A DNA stretch of 63,855 nucleotides, counting the filler, from Piptocephalis cylindrospora (Eukaryota), in the NCBI GenBank assembly GCA_003614145.1. It is 4 parts of 4 records of this genome, joined end to end, with 100 filler letters (N's around TTAATTAATTAA, not from the genome) between each part and the next. Parts side by side here need not be neighbours in the genome. Positions count along the whole stretch, not along the records: positions 35,011 to 52,223 come from KZ987859.1; positions 52,324 to 63,855 come from KZ987995.1; 2 more parts are not named here. The stretch is one strand, 5' to 3'. How positions within the stretch are numbered: the first letter of the stretch is position 1; each line of letters starts with the position of its first letter. A program made the position numbers and the translations under genes. Shown piece after piece: positions 46,485-55,328 of this stretch. Below the pieces are notes generated by a model. That model searched no databases and was not told the origin of the DNA. It saw only the letters and a program-made list of their open reading frames with translations.

Positions 46485-49400
46485 CTACCCGCCTAGGGCA
46501 AGGTCTTTCCAACAGCGATAGAGGTTCATGCGCTGAGGGATCTCTGGGAAGCTGGGTACCTTTGGTGGAAGGCCATCTTCTTCCCTGATCATGTCAAGAG
46601 CCCCTAACCTCCTCTCTCCTGCTGCTCCTCTCTCCGCTCTCCTTTCCGCTCTCTCTCCGCTCTCTCTCCTTTCTCTCTGACGCCTTCTTCTCTCCCGCCA
46701 TCTTCTTCGTACTCCACGCTCCTCCTCCTTTTTCATCTGGGCTTTACATCTCGGGAGCCAGACCCCCAGGTAGATCGTCGCAAGCAGTGACCTGGTGAGG
46801 TGCTGTACTTGGATGTTACCCTTGTAGCGGGCTGGACGGATCCTTCTGCTGGGGGCCTGTTCGCGCTCCTTCAGTGCGTCAGCGAGATACCACCAGTCCG
46901 CCGGAGGCACGATGCCTCCTCGGACGGCTCTTACAGCTTCCCCATCTCGCATCCCTCTCATCATCCCTTTCGACACGACCCCTCTCTCTGCACACTTGTC
47001 CATCTCCTCTCCCCAAACAGAGCTTACCTCTTCCGCCCGCCGGCAAGCCAGCAGGTGGGCTACGTCTTCAACCTCGGCTGTGCATAGAGGGCAGCCCCAA
47101 TCCATTGGGATACGATATATATCAGGATACCACACCACCTGCCTTTTCATGACGGGGGGGGGTGAGAAGAGGAGTTCGAGCCCGAAACCTCTCATCCCCC
47201 TATCGCGCATGTTAGTGATGCGGCGGCTGTTCTTTCTTTTGACCTTGCCAGAGCGGTCCAGCGACCAGAAGAGAGCCTTAATCACGTCGATCACTTGGCT
47301 TTTATCCCTGGTCACGGGACCGGTGGCTTGGAGGACCTGGGCAGTCATTGACTCCGTGAGTATGAACTCATCTTGCTCCTTGAAGAGCCGTCGGCCACCA
47401 TCCAGCACCAATCCCCCCTCCTTCCATCTCATCCACCACTGCGTCCTCCCGCACCTTTCGCCCTCCAATTCCCACCTCCACCTCGGCTCCTTCTCGTCCA
47501 CAGCCCTTCCGGCTACTTCATCCGCCCTCTCATTCCCCCTCTCTCCGGAATGTCCTCTCACCCATTGTCCCTTGACACGTCCGCCTCTCTGACTAACCCA
47601 TTCTCCAATGGTTATCCAGAGGAACCCTAGATTTGTCCTTTCCATCTTTGCTTTGTTCTTGGGATCATCCTGACTCTGTAGTGCCGCCAGTGCCGCTTGA
47701 GAGTCAGAGATAATGGTCAGGGGGACATTTGTCGGGGCAATGGCGATTGCCAGGGCAATACCCAGGCCCTCTGCCAAGGTTGACGACTTTTGTCCATCCT
47801 CTGTCCATCCCCATGCTTCTTTCACTATCTTTCCATCCCTCATCATGATCGCCGCAAAACCGATGCGTGCTCGGTCACCGATCTCGTGTTTGAGGGATCC
47901 GTCAGTGTAAATAATTACCTCTCCGGGCTGCCATGGCGCGCGGCCATACCTCCCGACAATTTCATTTTTTCGTAGAGGAATAGGATGTTCCTTTTCTCCG
48001 GTATGTCTATCCCACCATCCTGTGGTATGTTTTCTCATCCAAAGCCTGAGCTTAGTCCCATTTTCTTCCTTTCCTACGCCATTTACCCACTCCTGTAGTT
48101 CATGCATGCCTTTGCTCCCACTTCCTCGGAATGGTCTTATGGTGAGAGCGAGGGTCGTGGCTTCAAGGGTCAAGAGGTGCTGCGGGCAGCTAATTCCTCT
48201 CCTCCACATAAAGATTAACATCTCCTTGGACATCACAGGTAGTCCCAGGGTGAGCACATCTTTCTTTTGTTCGGTCATGCCCAGGTATCCGAGGCATAGA
48301 CCCCTAACTGTGAGGCTTCTCATTATGATAGCTCCCCATAGTCTTCTTCTGCTGCTTCCGCCGTTGATCCCGAGATGCTGAATCTGATCGGGGTTTGACA
48401 AAATGCAGCAGGGCGCTTTGATGGCGTCTTGGGTAAGTCTGATACGGACTTCCATGATTTTCCTCACTGCTGTCGTTGTGTTTAGCCCTCTTAGGAGGCA
48501 CATCAAGCCTCCTTGCTCCCAACTTGTCATTAGTCTTCTCACTCCGTATCCATCCTTGGAAAGGATGGATGAGGATGGAAAGGATGAGGGGAGTCCAGCC
48601 GCATGTTTGACCAAGGTCAACATGGGCGATTGGATGGCCTTTAGGTCCGCTTCTGTGACAGGTATTCCCTGAAGACGATATGAAATTGAAGGTAGCAAGA
48701 CGGCGCTTACCATGTATGCCGCCATTCGATCGGTAAGGTTTTTCTTTGAGAGGAGGGCTGTCTGCCATTGGCAGAAATGCCTTGTCTTCTCAACGATACC
48801 CCTATAATCACCATTGGGCACTAGGTACATCCCTAGCACTCTAAGGGGAGTACTAACCGGATGCATACTGCCCACGTCGTCTAACCCTACCCTTATCGGT
48901 ATATGCTGAGGTTGATCAGTGGGCGGAGAATCCAAAGACACGTGGATCGTCTTGGTTGGGTTCAGTCTGATATCTACTGCCTCAAACCATCTGCCAGCCC
49001 GATCCATCACCCTCTGCAGGGCGGGTCCATTGGGAGCCATTAGTGTAAGATCATCAGCGTAGGCCAGGTGATTTAGCTTGATCTCATAGAAGTCATCCTC
49101 TTCCCGTGCAGTCGGCGCTAGAGGTGGACATGGGATACGAACCTCGAAGGGTTCCACATGTCCCTCCAGGTGGCACAGCAGGGAGTCATAGATAATATTC
49201 CAGAGGAGAGGGGAGCCTATGTCCCCTTGGGGGAGACCGGCCTGCGGATGCATGGTTTGAGTAAGGCCGTATGCCGTCTGGAAAGTGAGGGTACGGTCGA
49301 TTAATTGACTGGTAATGAATTTTCTGGGTGCAGCAGGGACTCTGATTCGCTGAAGGGCGGCTTCCAGGACCACCGGCGAGACAGAATCATAGGCCTTTGC

Positions 49401-51599
49401 TACATCGAGTGAGAGCATCTCAAAGGACGTACCCCCCAGTCTGCAAATCTCGGTGAGGCCTTGAACGGCTATACCCACATCGGATGCCTGATGACCATGG
49501 CGGAACCCGTAGTTGAGCCCCTTCAGTATGTCATGTTCATCTATATTCCTCTGGAGTCGCCCTAGGACAAGTCCGTTGAGCAGCTTCAAAGGGGCATCCA
49601 GCAGGGTGATGGGCCTGAGTTTCCCCAGATTACCTCCCCAATCTTTCGTCTTGGGAATGAGCACTACCTGACCCTTTGTGAGGTCCGGGGGAGTTTTTCC
49701 TTTAGCCATGAAGGCGTTTAGAATGCATCGAATTAGAGTTTTGACCAATGATCCGGCGTGTTGTATGAGGTCAGTCTCTACCCCGGATGGCCCAGGCGCC
49801 TTTCCTTTTGACATATTTATTAGCGTTGACTCAAACTCCTCTTCATCTGCAGGACCTAGAAGGTTTCCATATAAAGATTCTTCTACACCATCAAGTGGGG
49901 CAAAATATTCATTGTGTGGCCCAGAGCCAGGCTGGATCTGGGGGCTACGGGCGGTAAAATGATCGACGAAGTGATGATAAACTGCAGCCTTTACCTCTTC
50001 AGGCGAGGTAAGGAGGCACGGGAGACCGTAGGTGTTGGACGTTACCCTATTGACACCATCCCGGTGTGTTCCCGCCGTCCGCTTGAGGCTTTTCACCATC
50101 CTTCCTAGATTTTTTGCAAGGTCATCTTCCCTTCTCTTTACCGCCTTGCGCACATAATGATGTTGTCTTTCGGTGCATCTGGTTTTGTGTACAGATCCGA
50201 GCGTGTGTCGTAGGGCGTTCAGCATTGCTCGTGGTTCGCGTGGGACAATGGTTCTCCCATCATCGGTATGCCATTTAGGACTTGGGCACATATAGGGGAT
50301 GGGGAAAATACGGAAGATTTCCGTGATCATCGTCTCACTAATTCCAATCCTATGCATAAACCTGCCCCAGCCAAATAGGACATGGTTTGCCCTTCTTTTC
50401 CCTTGGGGGAGTCGTTGGGCAAGATGGCGTAGAGTTCGGCTCAGGGATCCCATCCTCGTCAGAAGATGATTCCTTCGTTTATCATCGCCTCCCCCTCGTG
50501 GGAGGTTAGAGCTACAGGATCGCAGATGTTTCATTAGAGGATCATATGATGCGCAAGCCTCCCTGTAAGTTAGGGTGCCCTGCCGTCTTATGAGCGCCGA
50601 CAGGTCTTCTGGTAGGTCTTCTGTGCGATCTGCATACTCATCCCACATTTCTCTGGTACAGTCTCTTACTCTCAATCGTTGATGTCCTACGGGATTACTA
50701 CGCCTGGGTCGGGGTTGCATCCATAGGGGGAAAAATTCCATTACTACTGCCAGGTGGTCAGTGTGGAGCATCATGTCCGTAAGATCAAGAGCGCCCACCC
50801 CGTCCTCAGTCTCAATTATTCCCTTTGTAGCCCATATGTAATCTAGGCGTCGTTGGGGGTCTTGGGTAGGGAACGTGGCGAGTCGGGCTCCGGGGAACCG
50901 TCGTCGCCAGACGTCCGTCATCCATTCCCCCGATATTAAGGTACGTGATAGTTCTGATCGTCTGGTGGCTGGTCTCTGGTCAGGTGGACCATCTAAGGGC
51001 GAGACACGATCATTTAGGTCACCCATGAGGATGACCTCAGCGTCGGAGCCTTGGGCCCGGGACAACCAGTGTGTGACAACCTGTTGGGTGCGGGATCGTC
51101 GTGCCGAATTTGCCCTACCCGGAGGTAGGTATACGGCGATGATTATTAGGGATTGGGTGCGGAAGCGTAAGGTCACTTTCAGGGCTGTACCCTCACACTC
51201 TTCCACTCCCTGATAATGTGGCACTATCCTAGGTGAGAGGACTATCCCGACTCCGAGGTGCGGGTGCGGGTCATCAACTCCCGAGAGGAAGCATCGGTAA
51301 TGGGGCAAGTCGTGCTGTATGCTATCAATTATGTGTTCGTTCAATGCCTTTGGTATCCAGGTTTCTACCATGATTGTGACATCCAGCGACAGGGTACTAA
51401 TTATATTCTCCAAAGCTCTCCTCTTTCCCAAGTCTAGAGACCGAATATTGGTAGATAGGAGGCGGAGTGATCGTGTGGGGGTAATATGGTCATCAAAGCT
51501 TTTGGCGTGGCCAAGGCGGAAGGTCGTGAAAGGGTCAAAAGGTATGGGAAGGCCAGTAGTCTGGTGGCCACTTCCCTTTGTTGAGTGGGGCGTAACCAT
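46485..51599 (-). CDS. LINE ORF2: AP-endonuclease + reverse transcriptase + RNase H + CCHC finger (1704 aa)
   Basis: APE: STNIRSL, VETW, GDLN, RLDYIW, TDH. RT: KAPGPSG, RPITLL, GLPQGDIGSPLLW, AYADD. RNase H: YTDGS, AE, SDSQAAL, WVRGHSGERGNERAD. Finger: CPLC-x7-H-x3-C. Confidence 0.96.
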   Translation of the reverse strand: MVTPHSTKGSGHQTTGLPIPFDPFTTFRLGHAKSFDDHITPTRSLRLLSTNIRSLDLGKRRALENIISTLSLDVTIMVETWIPKALNEHIIDSIQHDLPHYRCFLSGVDDPHPHLGVGIVLSPRIVPHYQGVEECEGTALKVTLRFRTQSLIIIAVYLPPGRANSARRSRTQQVVTHWLSRAQGSDAEVILMGDLNDRVSPLDGPPDQRPATRRSELSRTLISGEWMTDVWRRRFPGARLATFPTQDPQRRLDYIWATKGIIETEDGVGALDLTDMMLHTDHLAVVMEFFPLWMQPRPRRSNPVGHQRLRVRDCTREMWDEYADRTEDLPEDLSALIRRQGTLTYREACASYDPLMKHLRSCSSNLPRGGGDDKRRNHLLTRMGSLSRTLRHLAQRLPQGKRRANHVLFGWGRFMHRIGISETMITEIFRIFPIPYMCPSPKWHTDDGRTIVPREPRAMLNALRHTLGSVHKTRCTERQHHYVRKAVKRREDDLAKNLGRMVKSLKRTAGTHRDGVNRVTSNTYGLPCLLTSPEEVKAAVYHHFVDHFTARSPQIQPGSGPHNEYFAPLDGVEESLYGNLLGPADEEEFESTLINMSKGKAPGPSGVETDLIQHAGSLVKTLIRCILNAFMAKGKTPPDLTKGQVVLIPKTKDWGGNLGKLRPITLLDAPLKLLNGLVLGRLQRNIDEHDILKGLNYGFRHGHQASDVGIAVQGLTEICRLGGTSFEMLSLDVAKAYDSVSPVVLEAALQRIRVPAAPRKFITSQLIDRTLTFQTAYGLTQTMHPQAGLPQGDIGSPLLWNIIYDSLLCHLEGHVEPFEVRIPCPPLAPTAREEDDFYEIKLNHLAYADDLTLMAPNGPALQRVMDRAGRWFEAVDIRLNPTKTIHVSLDSPPTDQPQHIPIRVGLDDVGSMHPVSTPLRVLGMYLVPNGDYRGIVEKTRHFCQWQTALLSKKNLTDRMAAYMVSAVLLPSISYRLQGIPVTEADLKAIQSPMLTLVKHAAGLPSSFPSSSILSKDGYGVRRLMTSWEQGGLMCLLRGLNTTTAVRKIMEVRIRLTQDAIKAPCCILSNPDQIQHLGINGGSSRRRLWGAIIMRSLTVRGLCLGYLGMTEQKKDVLTLGLPVMSKEMLIFMWRRGISCPQHLLTLEATTLALTIRPFRGSGSKGMHELQEWVNGVGKEENGTKLRLWMRKHTTGWWDRHTGEKEHPIPLRKNEIVGRYGRAPWQPGEVIIYTDGSLKHEIGDRARIGFAAIMMRDGKIVKEAWGWTEDGQKSSTLAEGLGIALAIAIAPTNVPLTIISDSQAALAALQSQDDPKNKAKMERTNLGFLWITIGEWVSQRGGRVKGQWVRGHSGERGNERADEVAGRAVDEKEPRWRWELEGERCGRTQWWMRWKEGGLVLDGGRRLFKEQDEFILTESMTAQVLQATGPVTRDKSQVIDVIKALFWSLDRSGKVKRKNSRRITNMRDRGMRGFGLELLFSPPPVMKRQVVWYPDIYRIPMDWGCPLCTAEVEDVAHLLACRRAEEVSSVWGEEMDKCAERGVVSKGMMRGMRDGEAVRAVRGGIVPPADWWYLADALKEREQAPSRRIRPARYKGNIQVQHLTRSLLATIYLGVWLPRCKAQMKKEEERGVRRRWRERRRRQRERRESGERAERRAERGAAGERRLGALDMIREEDGLPPKVPSFPEIPQRMNLYRCWKDLALGG

Positions 51600-51606
51600 T
51601 AACTTT

Positions 51607-52223
51607 CTAGTTATACGTTAGCCGATCAATCTCCTTCTTTTTTCTGCTCTGGTGCTTAGCAGCAGCAGCAACGACAGGCAGTCTCTTCTCTCGAACTTTC
51701 TTTACTGCCTTACGTTTCTTGGCGAGGGTGGTTGTGGGGCGGAGAATGCCTGATGACCTGAGGATGCGGCTATTCTGCAAAACAGGGCTGACATTTTCCT
51801 CTGTCATCATGTTTTTGGTCACCTTTTCGGTCTGAGAATCCGCCTGTGTTGGCGCATTCTCTTGTTCGTTTTCTCTTAGTGGTTGATCGCCGGCTTCTGT
51901 TGATGTCTTATCCGTAAAGGGAGATGTATGTTGGGCGGATGGCAACGTTACTGTATGTGGCTCTCCCGTGTCATCATTATTCTCAGTGTGAATATTGACG
52001 CATCCACTATCTCCTTCGTTCGTATCCTCATCATGATCAGATATCGTGGTGGGGGTTGGATCGTCCATTGCGTTTGGGCTTTCACCTTCCATAGACACAT
52101 CCTTGTTCGGGCCATTGCCTATAATGCCGTTTGGGCCATCTCTGTCATTTATCGGGACTATGTCCTTAGTGGCAGGTGATTTCTGGTTACTATTATTATT
52201 TTTATTGTTGTCATCATCATCAT
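51607..52223 (-). CDS. LINE ORF1, C-terminal part
   Basis: The frame is open from the gap to a TAG 7 nt before the ORF2 ATG. Acidic low-complexity stretch, then a basic tail (AKKRKAVKKVREKR). Confidence 0.65.
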
Positions 52224-52323
52224 NNNNNNNNNNNNNNNNNNNNNNNNNNNNNNNNNNNNNNNNNNNNTTAATTAATTAANNNNNNNNNNNNNNNNNNNNN
52301 NNNNNNNNNNNNNNNNNNNNNNN
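52224..52323. other. Artificial contig spacer
   Basis: N-run with TTAATTAATTAA. Confidence 0.97.
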
Positions 52324-54472
52324 CGGGACCCTGTTGGCCGCGGCATGTGACGATGGATGTGTACGCCTCTATGACATTGCCGATGGATCCTTTACCTACT
52401 TGCGCTCCTTTGACAAGACCAAGCTTCGCATTCTCTCCCTTGATTGGTCTCCTTCGGGCAACACACTGATTACTGGGTCTGCTGATAGCAGCGTACGCAA
52501 ATGGGATGTTTCCACGGGTAAGCATAGATTAGCGAAAGGCAGGGAGAGTCGAAGGATGCAAAATCTCATGTCCCCCCACCCCTGTGAACAATTCATCTTT
52601 TGATCGTAGGACATGTCCTAGAAAGGATGTCAGTGGGTCGTACAGCCTCGCACAGGACCATGGTATGGTCCGTTGCCTATCTCAAGTAAGAGGATCTTTG
52701 AATTTTCTATTTCACCTTGATTTATCTCACCCATACTGCCTCCTCTTCCCGGTAGAGATGTTGGCTATGTCAGTGGTGATTCCGCGGGAAGAGTGATTAT
52801 TTGGGATGGAAAGACCCACACGGCTCTGGAAACCTTCCAGAAGCACAAAGCTGATGTCTTGGCCCTAACTGTATCCCCAGACGGCAAATTCATCTTTTCT
52901 ACTGGAGTTGATCGTACCATCGTTCGATACTCTCGTACCGGAGCCGAAACGGCCTCGGTTCCCCCATTAGAGGAAGAGGAGGAAGATGTGTCGTATGTGG
53001 TGAGTGGGGTAGAAAGACCACACCAGCATGATGTTCGTGCCCTGGCCATGTCCGATCGCTCCGAGGTTGATGCTCTAGTGAGTGGAGGCATGGACGTGCA
53101 AATCCGCGTGGGTTCTGTAAAGGCCTTTGATCGTGATGCCCTGTGTCACGCCCAATCGACTTTGGCCAACCCCCCCAAGAACACGGTCAACCGACTTTTG
53201 CCTTTATCCCCCCAATCTCCCCTGGTCCACCTGGTCCCGGCCCGTCATTGGCTTCTCTCTCGATCGAACCATTCCTTGGACCTTTGGGCCTTAGACTCTG
53301 AGGAGCCTTCAATGCCAGGCGAGGGGAAGCGACGACGTCTTCCTGACTCGGAAGAGGGGCCCTCTGCCCTTCCTCCCAAGCATGCTACTCCCAATAACCG
53401 ACTCCTCCTCCATGCTCAGCTTCAGGGAACTCGACATTTGACGGCCAGCGCTATTTCTGAGGACGGGAACTGGCTAGCTGTCGCTGATCCTCATTTGGTC
53501 CGTCTCTTCCGCGTCGTCCAGTCTGGTGAGGGGCCTGGATCAGGAGAGACGGTGAGCCTTCGAAAGCAGAAGGCTTTTCCAGGACTGACAGTCCTTTCTT
53601 CCTCCGTTGGGGCCTCTCAATACCTTCTCCTTACCCCAGACTCTACCAAGCTGATCATTGGTACTACCGGAGGTCATGTGACCATTGTGGATCTGAGCGA
53701 GTGGGAAGCCGGATCCTTCCCTATCCTTGCATCCTGGAAACTCTACGAAGGTAGCGCTGACTCATCCTCTTTCGCTACCCACTCACCCCTCCTTCGTGGG
53801 ATTGGGGGCATGCGTGTCAGTGGAGATGGCGCATGGCTAGCTGTCACTGATCTGGGCCATCACCTCTGGCTCTACAATCTGGACGCCTTGAAACGCCATG
53901 CCATCATCGCTCTGACCCGTAGTCAGGGCCCCGTGGCTGCCATGCTTTTTAAGCCCGACTCCTCTAGCTTATACGTCGTGCAGACTGGAGGCGATGGTCG
54001 CGTCAGTGAGTATGATGTAGAGAAGCGGGTGGAGACTGATTGGTCTAGGCGATCCTCCAACTTGCCCCTTCCGGCCTCATACGCCAAGACCAGGGACGCT
54101 GTGTTGGGCATGTCCATGGATCCTGATCACATGGATCGTCTGATCCTTTGGGGTCAGGGAATTCTTTGTCAGGTGATTTTGGATATTTTACCTTCCAAGA
54201 ATGCCAAGATAACCGATACTGCAGATGGCCAAAGTGGTCGAAGGAAGCGATCAGGGAAGCGAAAGAAGGGCGCGGAATCTACTGGCGAAAGTGCCTCCGT
54301 GGACCCAATGGTCTCGGGCATTAGTGGAAATTATGCCATTATCCACAAGTATGGACCTATGCTTTTCATGGGCCACATGGGGCCGGGAAAGGGGGTGGTG
54401 GTAGAGCGACCCCGGTGGTCCCTGCTTGAAGGAGCACCCCCAGCCTTTTACACCAAAAAGTTTGGACGGTAA
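52324..54472 (+). CDS. UTP4: U3 snoRNA-associated WD40 protein Utp4/cirhin, 5'-truncated, multi-exon
   Basis: LAAACDDGCVRLY...RILSLDW, HKADVLAL, HQHDVRAL and C-terminal VVVERP...PPAFYTKKFG. Confidence 0.9.
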
Positions 54473-55328
54473 TGGGGCTGGCTATATGGCGCCAGGACGG
54501 AATGGATTTTTATGGGCGTGGGGAAATACATCTACTTGGATTTTCATGGCATATTTCCTGGGGTGGGGATGGAGACGATCTTTTAGAGGATGAGTCTATA
54601 AGAAGGCCTTCTCTACGACGATGAGGATTAATCATTTGCATCCATCATGCTCAATAAACTTTAGCTAGTACCCCCGCAAGGCCTACCGGATATCATGCGC
54701 CGGCCTCAGCTGAGGTGGGAGTACAGAGGGGAAAGAGGTGGGAGAGACGTTTCCATTTATAGCGATATCTGGAAAATAGAACGACATTGGATGAATTGGA
54801 TAGGACGTAAGGGTACTATAGGATGGTAATTAGATAGATAAAGCATTTATATTTTCCCTCAGTGGGGCGGGCTGTTATTCATCCATAAGGGTGGTGATTT
54901 AATTACCATCCTATAGCAGCATGCTGGCCTATTTGGGCGGGTTATGTGTTCGTATGCCTAAATGTTAGGCAGTAAAACAAATGTTCAGTCCTTGAAGTGG
55001 TGTCAACTTTGGTCTGATAACCCACCCAGATACTTTCCTTCATTTAAAGGGACATGAAGGGGACATTTTAAAAACAAAACGCAAAATAATATCAAGAGAA
55101 GTACACATTCTCTATTATTTCTCATCGCACGATCATATCGTCGGCCCAAAGGTACAAGGTGGGGATCTTTAGCGTACGGAAGGCATACAACCATTTGGTC
55201 AAGCTGATTAGCGCTCGTGTCCCTCCTTAAACAAAAGGATCGGTTCCAGTATTCTCGAAAGGTGAGTTATCTAATCAGTACGGGAAAAGAGAACATGAAA
55301 GGAGAAGTAAGTAAAATGCTAATCGCCC

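Larger units (their letters stand above)
46312..52223 (-). mobile_element. Non-LTR retrotransposon (LINE), two ORFs, 5' end cut by the contig end
   Basis: ORF1 tail, intact ORF2, a 3' UTR of about 160 nt and an A10 run on the minus strand (T-run 46312-46321). The 3' boundary is inferred. Confidence 0.9.

Noticed and set aside
17426..52323. Three identical TTAATTAATTAA palindromes within N-runs
   Set aside because: Artificial concatenation spacers. Gene adjacency across them carries no biological meaning.
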